From the NCBI GenBank assembly GCA_949292105.1, contig CASEYK010000007.1, positions 29,588 through 93,587 on the forward strand: a stretch of 64,000 nt of DNA, read 5' to 3'. Of the stretch, positions 46,211 to 56,013 are shown one piece after another. Numbering within the stretch: the stretch's first letter is position 1; each line of letters starts with the position of its first letter. The position numbers and the translations under genes are program-made. The notes under the pieces were generated by a model. It was not told where the DNA came from, made no database searches, and worked only from the letters and a program-made list of their open reading frames with translations. The stretch comes from an uncultured bacterium (GTDB taxonomy: Bacteria; Bacillota_I; Bacilli_A; RFN20; CAG-826).

Positions 46211-47037
46211 CAAATCGACAGCTTTATTTTCTTTTATTAAAAAAAAATAATCGTTTTTTGAATGAACGAGTTATCAAAAATTTGTTATTGTATCTTAACA
46301 ATTTTGAAAATGATTTAGCTCTTTTTGCTCATTTCGATGACGAGGTTCAAAATTCAAATAAAATTGATCGTTTTATTAAACAATTGTGCGATGGATTTCC
46401 TATTCAATATTTAACAGGAAGAGCGCACTTTTTTAGTAAAAATTATTATGTTAATCAAGATGTTTTAATACCTCGTCCAGAGACAGAGGAGTTGGTTATC
46501 AAAAGCATAGATTTGATTAAGCATATTTTCAAAGGTTCAAATAAATTAAAAATTATAGATATTGGAACGGGGAGCGGCGTTATTGCTGATAGTTTAAAAA
46601 GAACATTTACAGATGCGGATGTAGTCGGTATTGATGTCAGTGAGAGCGCTTTGAAAGTCGCCAAGTTTAATACAAATGGAAAAGTCCAATTAAAAATGAT
46701 GGATATTTTAGATGATGATACTCATTTCAACTATTCATTTGATGTTATTATTTCAAATCCCCCTTACATTGAGAACGAATCAGAAATCGATCAACAAGTT
46801 TTCCAATATGAACCAAAACAAGCTCTTATAGCTCAGCCTTGCGAAAAATATTATCAAAATATAATCAAAAGATTTCTTCATCAAAAAAATCCAACGCTTT
46901 TTTGTTTTGAAATTGGTGAAACTATGGAAGAATGTCTAACTAGTTTGGTCAATATTTTGCTTCCTAATTCACAATTTTATTTTGAGAAAGATTTATATAA
47001 TAAGACGCGTTTTCTTTTTATTATAATGAATGGGTAG
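46207..47037 (+). CDS. prmC: Release-factor glutamine N5-methyltransferase
   Basis: SAM motif DIGTGSG and catalytic NPPY. ATGA overlap with prfA. Confidence 0.9.
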   Translation: MTNRQLYFLLLKKNNRFLNERVIKNLLLYLNNFENDLALFAHFDDEVQNSNKIDRFIKQLCDGFPIQYLTGRAHFFSKNYYVNQDVLIPRPETEELVIKSIDLIKHIFKGSNKLKIIDIGTGSGVIADSLKRTFTDADVVGIDVSESALKVAKFNTNGKVQLKMMDILDDDTHFNYSFDVIISNPPYIENESEIDQQVFQYEPKQALIAQPCEKYYQNIIKRFLHQKNPTLFCFEIGETMEECLTSLVNILLPNSQFYFEKDLYNKTRFLFIIMNG

Positions 47038-47041
47038 AGTT

Positions 47042-47629
47042 ATGGATTTAGCAAAAATTAAAGAAATATTGTCATGTCATGGTGTAATTGCTTTTCCGAC
47101 AGAAACAGTCATGGGTTTAGGCGTTAATTATGATGATTTTGAAGCATATACTAAACTTAATATTATTAAGCGCCGCCCATCCGATAAGCCATACACGCTT
47201 CTTCTAGCGGATAAAAATGATCTTGAAAAATATGCTTTTATCAGCGAAAAAACGAAGCGGATTGTTACTCGTTTTATGCCTGGCCCTTTAACTATACTAG
47301 TTAGAGTTAATAATCATGTTCCTGGCTATGTGCATCATGACACTGGAGTTATCGGCATAAGAGTGCCAAATCATCAAATTTGCCAAGACATTTTAAAGTA
47401 TAATGGTAAGCCTCTATTAGTTCCAAGTGCTAACAAATCTGGTGAGCCACCTTGCTTGACATACAAAGAAGTCGAAAATGTTTTTGGAAATGAAATCGAT
47501 TACATTGTTAAAGCCGATTCAGGTATGCAAAAACCTTCAACAATAATCGATTTATCATGTGATAATATTAAATTAGTAAGAGAGGGCGGTATCCCTTTCG
47601 AGGAATTATTAAAGGAGTTTAACAAATGA
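47042..47629 (+). CDS. tsaC: L-threonylcarbamoyladenylate synthase (YrdC/YwlC-type, single domain)
   Basis: VIAFPTETVMGLG, KPYTLL and SANKSGE blocks. Alternative ATG at 47030. Confidence 0.85.
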   Translation: MDLAKIKEILSCHGVIAFPTETVMGLGVNYDDFEAYTKLNIIKRRPSDKPYTLLLADKNDLEKYAFISEKTKRIVTRFMPGPLTILVRVNNHVPGYVHHDTGVIGIRVPNHQICQDILKYNGKPLLVPSANKSGEPPCLTYKEVENVFGNEIDYIVKADSGMQKPSTIIDLSCDNIKLVREGGIPFEELLKEFNK

Positions 47630-48063
47630 AAATTGCTATTGCTTGTGACCACCGCGGTGTCGATTATAAAAACGCAATTATCCAACACTTAAAAGAATTA
47701 GGACATGAAACGCTCGATTTTGGAACAAATTCAAAGGAATCTTGCCATTATCCTTTATTTGCCGCCGAAGCAGCAAAAGCCGTTGCTGCTAAAGAAGCAG
47801 ATTTAGGCATTGTTGTTTGTTCATCCGGAGAAGGGGTGAGCATTGTTGCTAATAAAATTAAAGGAATTAGATGTGGCATTGCCTATAATGATGATGTTGC
47901 CCGTTTAATGCGCGAACATAATAATGCAAATGTTATTTCTTTTGGTGAAGATTTTATGGATCTTGAAAGTGTTCTTCGCCGCGTTGATATTTTTATAAGT
48001 ACCCCATTTTTAGGCGGTAAGCATGCTGTTCGCGTTGATCTCATCAAAAAATTAGAAGAGTAA
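47626..48063 (+). CDS. rpiB: Ribose-5-phosphate isomerase B
   Basis: MKIAIACDHRG... and CSSGEGVSIVANK; 145 aa. Confidence 0.9.
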   Translation: MKIAIACDHRGVDYKNAIIQHLKELGHETLDFGTNSKESCHYPLFAAEAAKAVAAKEADLGIVVCSSGEGVSIVANKIKGIRCGIAYNDDVARLMREHNNANVISFGEDFMDLESVLRRVDIFISTPFLGGKHAVRVDLIKKLEE

Positions 48064-48080
48064 CATCTTCTTTTTTTATC

Positions 48081-48109
48081 TTTACAACATGAATGATTGT
48101 TCATATAAT
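48081..48109 (+). promoter_or_regulatory. Sigma-A-type promoter of the ArsR/P-type ATPase operon
   Basis: TTTACA (48081-48086), a 17-nt spacer, then TATAAT (48104-48109). Confidence 0.6.
48089..48104. promoter_or_regulatory. Candidate ArsR/SmtB-type operator 1 (ATGAA-N6-TTCAT)
   Basis: ATGAATGATTGTTCAT, lying in the promoter spacer. Confidence 0.5.
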
Positions 48110-48120
48110 AGTGGTAGAAT

Positions 48121-48136
48121 ATGAATGCGTATTCAT
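48121..48136. promoter_or_regulatory. Candidate ArsR/SmtB-type operator 2 (ATGAAT-N4-ATTCAT)
   Basis: ATGAATGCGTATTCAT, just downstream of the -10. Confidence 0.5.
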
Positions 48137-48145
48137 GGAGTTGGT

Positions 48146-48448
48146 ATGAAGAAAGCTATAATTAATAATCAAGTTATTACGGATATGTCACATCTATTGT
48201 CAATAGCAGCGGATGAAACGAGATTAAAAATCCTATTTTCTCTTTTAAAGGGCGAAAAATGTGTGAAAGACATTTATGAAGAAATCGAGGCATCACAGTC
48301 TTTAGTGTCTCATCAACTTCGTATTTTAAAAAAAGCTAAATTAGTAACTTTTCGCAAAGACAAGAATTTTGTTTATTATTCCCTTGATGATGATCATGTC
48401 AAATTATTGATTGATGTTGCGTATGAGCATGTTTTAGAAAAGAAATAA
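48146..48448 (+). CDS. ArsR/SmtB-family metalloregulatory repressor
   Basis: wHTH ETRLKILFSLLKGEKCVKDIYEEIEASQSLVSHQLRILKKAKLV. GGAG RBS before ATG 48146. The track's ATG 48125 sits inside operator 2. Confidence 0.85.
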   Translation: MKKAIINNQVITDMSHLLSIAADETRLKILFSLLKGEKCVKDIYEEIEASQSLVSHQLRILKKAKLVTFRKDKNFVYYSLDDDHVKLLIDVAYEHVLEKK

Positions 48449-48450
48449 AT

Positions 48451-50604
48451 ATGAAAAAAGTTTCGTATAACATCAGTGGTTTTGATTGTGCTAATTGTGC
48501 TTTGAATGTCGAACAACACCTTAATTCTCTTAAAGAAATAAAAAGCGCACGCATCGACTATATCAATAATAAAATGGTCGTTGTTTATCGAAATAGCCCA
48601 TTTAGCATCGAACAACTTAAAAAAGAAATACGCAAGATTGAAGATGATGACATTGTTATAGAGCCATATCAATTTATTACTTCACAGAAGAATAAAATTA
48701 TTGATAATCATATCATCGCTTTGATTATCCGTTCAATTTTTAGCGTTCTCATATTGATAATAACTTTTTTCTTTGTACAGAGAATCGTTGAAAAGAATTA
48801 TTCGTGGCAGTGGTGGTTGATGCTAGCGCTTTATTTAGCATCATACTTAATCATATCCTACGATTATCTTTTAAAATTTTTAAAAAATCTCTTAAAACCA
48901 AAATATATTTTTAATGAAAATACATTGATGGTCGTTGCTTCAATCGGAGCATTTGCCATCGGCGAATTTCCTGAAGGAATTCTTGTTATTTTATTATCAC
49001 AAATTGGTGAAATGTTTGAACATATTTCTGTCAATAAATCAAAAAATATTATTGTTGACGCCATCGATACGCGGCCAAAAGTAGCTACGATTATTGTTGA
49101 TGATAAAATAAAAACAATAAATGTTGGTCAAATTAAAATTAATGATCGAATTTTAATAAAAGTAGGCGAAATTGCTCCTGTAGATGGAAAACTTATTGAT
49201 GAATCTTGCATCGTTGATGAGTCAAGTATAACGGGTGAATTTGCGCCAAGAACTGTCATGGAAGGCGAGATTGTTTATAGCGGTTCAATTATTAAACAAA
49301 AAGCCATATCAATTGAAGCCGTTTCAACATATGAAGATTCAACAACAAGTAAAATTCTTAGTCTTGTTCTCGATAGCTCGCAAAAGAAGTCCAAAGCAGA
49401 TGCTTTTGTTAGTAAATTTGCCAAGGTTTACACACCAATCGTCTGTTTAGTGGCGCTTCTTATCGCTATTATTCCGCCTGCTATATTAGGAATAATTGGC
49501 AACGCATGGCAGTGGAATACTTGGTCAAATTATATACATATTGCTTTAACCTTCCTTGTTATATCTTGTCCTTGTGCAATTGTCATTTCTGTACCATTGA
49601 GCTTTTTTACTGGGATTGCTCTAGCCAGCAAAAAAGGAATTGTTGTTAAAGGCAGCAATTATTTAGACAAAATTAACGATATTAAGACAATGGTGTTTGA
49701 TAAAACAGGCACGCTGACAACTGGACAATTTTCCATTGTCAAAGAAGAACCAATCAATCTCTCTCTAGATGATATGCGTGAATATCTTTTTGTTGGTGAA
49801 TCATTGTCGTCGCATCCTATCGGGCAAGCAATAAAAACACTGTATAATCTGTCAATAACCCATCAAAAAGTCTATAAATTTGAAGAAATTAGTGGATATG
49901 GACTGAAATTCCAATATCGAAATCATTCTGTTGTTATTGGTAACGAAAAACTTATGGAACGAGAGAAAATAAGTTTTAAATCTTGTAGTGAAGATGGAAC
50001 AATAATTTATTTGGCAATCGATGAAAACTACTGTGGATTTATTATCTTAGACGATACGATTAAATCTAATTCTGCTCAGATGGTCAATTGTCTTTCAGCA
50101 GATGGAATTAATAGTGTTATTTTGTCGGGCGGAAAAGAGTCTAGCGTTCGCCGAACTGCTAACCTACTCAACATTAAAGAATTTCATTCAAATTTATTGC
50201 CTCAAGAAAAGATAAATTATCTTGAAAATATTATTCATAATTCGAAACACGCAGTCGGTTTTGTTGGTGATGGTGTTAATGACTCTCCCAGTATCATTAT
50301 GGCTGATGTTGGTTTTGCCATGGGCGCAGTTGGCAGCGATGCTGCTGTCGAAAACGCTGATGTTGTAATCATGAACGATGATCCAATAAAAATAGTTGAA
50401 GTTAAACAGATTGCAAGATTGACTAGAACTCGTTCAATTGTTGATATTGTCGTCGCTCTCGTCGTCAAATTTAGCCTTATGGTTATAGCGTTATTACCGT
50501 TTGTCAATCTTCCGATGTGGGTAGCTGTTCTAGCCGATTCTGGTCTGGCGGTTATTCTTGTTTTCTATTCTGTTATGCTCATTAATAAAAAGATAAAAGT
50601 GTGA
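48451..50604 (+). CDS. Heavy-metal-translocating P1B-type ATPase (Cd/Zn/Co-type)
   Basis: N-terminal HMA domain (GFDCANCA), TM CPC motif (SCPCAIV), DKTGTLT and GDGVNDSP. Confidence 0.9.
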   Translation: MKKVSYNISGFDCANCALNVEQHLNSLKEIKSARIDYINNKMVVVYRNSPFSIEQLKKEIRKIEDDDIVIEPYQFITSQKNKIIDNHIIALIIRSIFSVLILIITFFFVQRIVEKNYSWQWWLMLALYLASYLIISYDYLLKFLKNLLKPKYIFNENTLMVVASIGAFAIGEFPEGILVILLSQIGEMFEHISVNKSKNIIVDAIDTRPKVATIIVDDKIKTINVGQIKINDRILIKVGEIAPVDGKLIDESCIVDESSITGEFAPRTVMEGEIVYSGSIIKQKAISIEAVSTYEDSTTSKILSLVLDSSQKKSKADAFVSKFAKVYTPIVCLVALLIAIIPPAILGIIGNAWQWNTWSNYIHIALTFLVISCPCAIVISVPLSFFTGIALASKKGIVVKGSNYLDKINDIKTMVFDKTGTLTTGQFSIVKEEPINLSLDDMREYLFVGESLSSHPIGQAIKTLYNLSITHQKVYKFEEISGYGLKFQYRNHSVVIGNEKLMEREKISFKSCSEDGTIIYLAIDENYCGFIILDDTIKSNSAQMVNCLSADGINSVILSGGKESSVRRTANLLNIKEFHSNLLPQEKINYLENIIHNSKHAVGFVGDGVNDSPSIIMADVGFAMGAVGSDAAVENADVVIMNDDPIKIVEVKQIARLTRTRSIVDIVVALVVKFSLMVIALLPFVNLPMWVAVLADSGLAVILVFYSVMLINKKIKV

Positions 50605-50635
50605 CAAAGTAGATAATTTTTGACTATTCATTATT

Positions 50636-51790
50636 ATGGATAGTTTTAAATGTTCAAAGTGTGGCAATACCGATTTAGAAAAAGTTGGATTTTTAAATGG
50701 ACAACCTTATTGTCGAGCTTGTCTTCAATTTAAAGAAAATAGCAAAAACATTTTTGATGCAAAATTTTCAAACACTAAGCCTAAATGTGATTATTTTTTA
50801 TCGTATGAATTGAGCGAAAAACAAAAAGAATTGTCAAATACATTAATTTTAAACTACAAAAATCAAATAAATACTTTTGTTAATGCTGTATGTGGTTCTG
50901 GTAAAACTGAAATTGTTTTAGAACTGATTAAATATGTAATCAATTCTGGTGGCAGTGTAGGTTTTGCCATTCCTCGAAGAGATGTAGTTATTGAGATATA
51001 TAACCGCTTGGTACAAATTTTTAAAGGCATAAAAATTGTTGCGGTCTATGGTAGCCATCATGAACAAATATATGGAGATATCATTTGCTTAACAACTCAT
51101 CAACTTTACCGATACAAGAATTACTTTGATCTACTTATTATTGACGAAGTCGATGCATTTCCATTTAAGAATAATGATGTTTTGTATGCACACTTTAAAC
51201 GATCGCTAAGGGGTTTTTTTGTTTTGCTAAGCGCTACTTATTTCACACACAGCAATTCTTATTTTCAAGATAAGAAATTCGAAATTGTTAGCCTTAACGA
51301 AAGATTTCATAAACACTTATTACCGGTTCCTCGAGTAATAATTGTAAAAAAATGTTTCCAAACTTTATTTTTGCTCTTTTTTCTAAGGCGATATGTAAAA
51401 TCAGGCAAACCATGCTTTATATTTTGCCCAACCATTGAAATATGTGAGATAGTTTTTAAACGCTTAAGCATTTTTCTCAAAGGAGGTGAATATGTTCATT
51501 CGAAAAGAAAGACGAGAAACGATATTATTAGCGGATTTAAAAACAAAAAATATAAGTATTTAGTTACAACTCATGTTTTAGAAAGAGGTGTGACGGTTGA
51601 AAATTTACAAGTTATTGTTTTCTTAGCTAATCATCCTCTTTTTGATTTTTCATCGTTGATTCAAATCGCCGGAAGAGTTGGTAGAAAGGCATCTGCGCCT
51701 GAAGGAGAAGTACTATTTATCACAGACGAAGTAAACAGTGAAATCAAAGAGGCAATCCGAGTTATAAATGAAAAGAACACATCTGTGTAA
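50636..51790 (+). CDS. comFA: ComFA-like DEAD-box helicase/translocase
   Basis: N-terminal 4-Cys finger (CSKCGN...CRAC), Walker A CGSGKTE and a DEVD box, followed by comFC. Confidence 0.8.
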   Translation: MDSFKCSKCGNTDLEKVGFLNGQPYCRACLQFKENSKNIFDAKFSNTKPKCDYFLSYELSEKQKELSNTLILNYKNQINTFVNAVCGSGKTEIVLELIKYVINSGGSVGFAIPRRDVVIEIYNRLVQIFKGIKIVAVYGSHHEQIYGDIICLTTHQLYRYKNYFDLLIIDEVDAFPFKNNDVLYAHFKRSLRGFFVLLSATYFTHSNSYFQDKKFEIVSLNERFHKHLLPVPRVIIVKKCFQTLFLLFFLRRYVKSGKPCFIFCPTIEICEIVFKRLSIFLKGGEYVHSKRKTRNDIISGFKNKKYKYLVTTHVLERGVTVENLQVIVFLANHPLFDFSSLIQIAGRVGRKASAPEGEVLFITDEVNSEIKEAIRVINEKNTSV

Positions 51791-52388
51791 AATTTGTTTT
51801 TCGCCTGTCAATGAATTTAGCGCTCATAGTCTTTTTAATCGCGTTGCTTTATGTGATAAATGTTTTGCTCAGTTTAAACCGCGTTTTTCTCAATTTGATT
51901 TAGACGGTTATCAAGCCTTAAACATATATGAATACGATGAATTTGGTCAAAATTTACTCTATCGTTACAAGGGATGTTTCGATTATGAACTCAACACGAT
52001 TTTTCTCAATCGTTTCCGTAGTTATCTTTTTCTTCGATTTCTAAATTATTATATTGTTCCTGTTCCTAGCCATCCACTTGATGATGAGGAAAGGGAATTT
52101 AATCATGTTGTTGAGATTTTTAAAAATTTGCCGCTCAAAATGATAAAGTGTGTCGAAAAAATACAGCGTATTAAACAATCTTCGCTCAATATTCATGAAA
52201 GAAAAAATATTAATGGTCGATTTAAAGTCGTCGATGGTGAAAAAATAACTAATAAACGCGTTTTAATTGTCGATGATGTAATGACAAGTGGAGAAACACT
52301 TCGAAACATCATTCGTCTTTTAAAAGAATATCATCCGAAGAAAATTAAGATATTAGTCGTTTACAAAGTCAATAAAAGAGATGATTAA
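51768..52388 (+). CDS. comFC: ComFC phosphoribosyltransferase-domain protein
   Basis: N-terminal Cys finger (CKICFSP...CDKC) and PRTase motif VLIVDDVMTSGETL. Confidence 0.8.
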   Translation: MKRTHLCKICFSPVNEFSAHSLFNRVALCDKCFAQFKPRFSQFDLDGYQALNIYEYDEFGQNLLYRYKGCFDYELNTIFLNRFRSYLFLRFLNYYIVPVPSHPLDDEEREFNHVVEIFKNLPLKMIKCVEKIQRIKQSSLNIHERKNINGRFKVVDGEKITNKRVLIVDDVMTSGETLRNIIRLLKEYHPKKIKILVVYKVNKRDD

Positions 52389-52404
52389 TGCTTATAAATA
52401 AGTA

Positions 52405-52434
52405 TTAGACAGCATATTTAGCGAGTGTTATGAT
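52405..52434 (+). promoter_or_regulatory. Candidate promoter of secA-prfB (extended -10)
   Basis: TTAGAC (52405-52410), an 18-nt spacer, then TGtTATGAT (52426-52434). Confidence 0.5.
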
Positions 52435-52494
52435 ATTAGAGCATATTAAGTTTTGCAGAAAGGATAAACACAATTAATTGTGTAAGGATAAAAA

Positions 52495-54900
52495 ATGGGC
52501 TTTTTTGATAAAAGAATGTTAAAAAAATACGAAAAAGAAGCAAATAAAGTCATTGCTTTTGAAGAGCAAATGCGTTCGCTTTCTGATGATGAATTAAAAG
52601 CAAAAACCCAATATTTTAAAGATCTTCTCGCCAATGGCAAAACTTTGGATGATATTAAATACGAAGCTTTTGCTGTAGCAAGAGAAGCAGCCAAGCGTAC
52701 TTTAGGCGAATTTCCATACAAAGTTCAAATCATCGGTTCGCTTGTTCTACATGCTGGTGATGTTGCTGAAATGAAAACTGGCGAAGGTAAAACATTAACA
52801 GCCACAATGGCGGTTTATTTAAATGCGCTTGCTGGAAAAGGCGTCCATGTTGTTACTGTTAACGAATATTTGTCTTCCCGTGATGCTGAATGGATGGGGC
52901 AAGTTTACCGATTCTTAGGCTTAACTGTCGGTGTAAACTTGCGTGCTAAGACAGTTGAAGAAAAACGCGAAGCCCATGCTTGCGATATTACATATACAAC
53001 CAATTCAGAACTTGGTTTCGATTATCTTCGCGACAATATGGCGACTGATATGAAAGGTAGAGTGTTGAGAGGATTAAACTTTTGTATCATCGACGAAGCC
53101 GACTCAATTTTAATTGATGAATCGCGTACTCCTTTAATTATTTCTGGTGGTGCAAAGGCATCTCCGGCTCAATATACAGTTGCAGACCGCTTTGTTAAAA
53201 CTCTTAAAAAAGATAAAGATTATGCTATTGATGTCAAACTCAAAACAGTCAATTTAACAGACGATGGCAATACAAAGGCTGAAAGAATGTTCGGTATTAG
53301 AAATCTCTACGATCCTCAATATGCTGATTTAGTGCATAGAATTCATAATGCGCTAAGGGCTAATTATATTATGGCAAGAGATGTGGATTATCTCGTTGAT
53401 AGTGAACGACAAATTCAAATCATCGATCAATTCACTGGTCGTGTTTTGCCAGGTAGAGAGTGGAGCGATGGTCTTCATCAAGCTGTTCAAGCCAAAGAAA
53501 ATGTCGAAATTAAGCAAGAAACGATTACGATGGCTACCATTACTTATCAAAATTTCTTCCGCTTATTCAAAAAAATGGCAGGTATGACTGGAACCGCTAA
53601 AACGGAAGAAGAAGAATTTAGAAAAATTTATAATATGCGAGTCGTTTGTATTCCGACCAATCGACCGGTTATTCGTGTTGATGCTCTCGACTATGTATAT
53701 GCTCACAAAGGGCCAAAACTTCGCGCTTTGATTAAGGAAGTTAAAGAAAGGCATGAAAAAGGACAACCAATCTTGATTGGTACTGTTTCTGTTGAATCGT
53801 CAGAAGAAATCAGTGCCCTTTTGACTGAAGCTGGTTTGCCACACGAAATGTTAAATGCGAAAAACCACGCTCGTGAGGCGGAAATTATTGCTCGCGCAGG
53901 TGAAAAAGGTGCAATTACCCTCGCCACTAATATGGCTGGTCGAGGGACCGATATCAAAATTAATGAAGAAGTTCGCCAACTGGGAGGATTGTGTGTTTTT
54001 GGAACTGAACGACATGAGTCTCGAAGAATTGATAACCAGTTAAGAGGCCGTTCTGGGCGTCAAGGTGACCCTGGATTTTCTCGATTCTATGTTTCATTTG
54101 ATGACACATTATTAGTTCGTTTTGCTGCTGATCGAATTCGCAACTTCATTGAGAAAAATTTTGGTGAAGAAGCCCTTGAAGCAAAAATGGTGACCAATAT
54201 TATTACTGGTGCGCAAAAACGCATTGAAGGTCAAAACTTTGATACACGAAAATCACTTCTTGAATATGATGATGTATTAGCTAAACAACGACAAATCATT
54301 TATGATCGACGTGACCGCATCATCAAAGGTGAAAATATTGATGATATCGTCGATGATATCTTCAACACAGCTGGGATGTTCCTAGCTAAAAAGGCGGTTC
54401 CTGTCGGTAGTAACGATGGCATAATTTCTGCCGATTTGTTAGTCAAACAAGTCGAGCCTCGTTTTCTACCGGCTGGTTCTCTAAATAAAAATTTGTATGA
54501 AGAGTCTCCTGTCGAAGATTGTGGACCAGACTTAGGTTTAGTTATTCTCGATTATTACAACTCACAAAAGAAAAAATGGCCAGAAGAAGCCGTGGATGAA
54601 GTTCAAAGAAACATTATTCTTCGCTGTATTGACCGCAACTGGACAAAACATATTGACTCGATGTCTCGACTTCGTGAAGGTATTCATCTTCGCAGTTACG
54701 CTAATGTGAATCCACTTCAGGACTATGTCAACGAAGGATATTCTCTTTTTAGAGAATGCTTAGATTTATCAGCTGTCGATGCTGTACTCAATCTTGTCAA
54801 TGCCCGTGTTGAAAGAAGAGCACCTGAAGAACAGCCATCAGCTGACGCTAATGAAAATGGTTCAGATAAATCAAAATCTCAGCCTGAGGAGAACAAATAA
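52495..54900 (+). CDS. secA: Preprotein translocase ATPase SecA
   Basis: 801 aa with MKTGEGKTL, DEADSILIDE and TNMAGRGTDI. There is no C-terminal zinc finger; the tail is acidic instead. Confidence 0.97.
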   Translation: MGFFDKRMLKKYEKEANKVIAFEEQMRSLSDDELKAKTQYFKDLLANGKTLDDIKYEAFAVAREAAKRTLGEFPYKVQIIGSLVLHAGDVAEMKTGEGKTLTATMAVYLNALAGKGVHVVTVNEYLSSRDAEWMGQVYRFLGLTVGVNLRAKTVEEKREAHACDITYTTNSELGFDYLRDNMATDMKGRVLRGLNFCIIDEADSILIDESRTPLIISGGAKASPAQYTVADRFVKTLKKDKDYAIDVKLKTVNLTDDGNTKAERMFGIRNLYDPQYADLVHRIHNALRANYIMARDVDYLVDSERQIQIIDQFTGRVLPGREWSDGLHQAVQAKENVEIKQETITMATITYQNFFRLFKKMAGMTGTAKTEEEEFRKIYNMRVVCIPTNRPVIRVDALDYVYAHKGPKLRALIKEVKERHEKGQPILIGTVSVESSEEISALLTEAGLPHEMLNAKNHAREAEIIARAGEKGAITLATNMAGRGTDIKINEEVRQLGGLCVFGTERHESRRIDNQLRGRSGRQGDPGFSRFYVSFDDTLLVRFAADRIRNFIEKNFGEEALEAKMVTNIITGAQKRIEGQNFDTRKSLLEYDDVLAKQRQIIYDRRDRIIKGENIDDIVDDIFNTAGMFLAKKAVPVGSNDGIISADLLVKQVEPRFLPAGSLNKNLYEESPVEDCGPDLGLVILDYYNSQKKKWPEEAVDEVQRNIILRCIDRNWTKHIDSMSRLREGIHLRSYANVNPLQDYVNEGYSLFRECLDLSAVDAVLNLVNARVERRAPEEQPSADANENGSDKSKSQPEENK

Positions 54901-56013
54901 TGAAAGACATAATTCTATTGAAACAAGAATTGTGTGCAGTTGAAGAGGTAATCCTTCAACTCGGGTCCTCACTTTGACCTCGAAAAGTTAAGTGCTGAAA
55001 TTAATGCATTAGACGAGCAAATTAATGCTGAAGACTTTTGGAATAACCCTGCAAATGCACAGAAAATAATTGCAAAAGTCAACAATTTTAAAGAAATTTA
55101 TAATACTTATCAAGAAATTGTAAAGGATTTTCATGACCTTAAAGAACTTCTAGATTTGGAAGACGAAAGCCTTTTAGATGAGATTGAAACATCAATTGAG
55201 CAATTGAAAAATAAAACCAAAGAATTTCAGATTCAAATTCTTTTCACAGGTGAATTTGATCAGCTTAACGCCATTATCGAAATTCATCCAGGCGCTGGTG
55301 GCACTGAAGCTCAAGACTGGGCTGATATGCTCTATCGCATGTATGTTTTATTTGCACAAAGGCATCGCTTCAAAATGAGCTTAATTTCACTAGAACCAGG
55401 TGAAGAAGCTGGGATTAAATCTGTGACAATAAAAATTAGCGGACATAATGCTTATGGTCTACTCAAATCGGAAAAAGGTGTTCATCGATTAGTCCGTATT
55501 TCTCCTTTTGACGCAAACAAAAGGCGTCACACTTCGTTCGCTAGCGTTAATGTTATACCAGAGTTTAAAGACAATACCATCAACATTCAAATAAATGATG
55601 CTGATTTAAAAATTGACACTTATCGTAGCGGCGGTGCAGGTGGTCAAAATGTCAATAAAGTTGAAACCGCCGTTCGAATTACTCACCTTCCTACTGGTAT
55701 TGTTGTTTCTTGCCAAGTTGAGAGAAGTCAGATTCAAAATAAAGAAATGGCAATGAACATGTTAAAGTCAAAACTTTATCTTCTGGAAAGTGAGAAGAGA
55801 GCAGAACAATTGAATTCCATCGTCGGTGAGAAAAAAAATATTGAATGGGGCTCACAAATTCGCTCTTATGTTTTTTGCCCTTATACATTAGTTAAAGATA
55901 ATAGAACCGATTATGAAGAAGTGGATGTAAATCGTGTGATGGATGGTGAAATTGATAATTTCCTCTACGCATATTTACAAAAGGAGGCGAAAGCAGATGT
56001 GGACAAAAATTAA
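54900..56013 (+). CDS. prfB: Peptide chain release factor 2, requiring a programmed +1 frameshift
   Basis: ATG 54900 overlaps the secA TAA (TAATG). The frame-0 ORF of 25 codons ends at CTT TGA C (54972-54978). The +1 frame from GAC 54976 is open through the track ORF 55156-56013 and encodes SPF and GGQ ([11 protein letters not shown]). Confidence 0.9.
54972..54977 (+). other. prfB +1 frameshift site CTT-TGA
   Basis: CUU UGA C heptamer context, identical to the canonical RF2 autoregulatory site. Confidence 0.85.

Noticed and set aside
50636-52388. comFA-comFC as evidence of a novel DNA-uptake system
   Set aside because: This is the ordinary late-competence pair in its usual position upstream of secA-prfB. 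No other com genes are in the window, so nothing more can be said.
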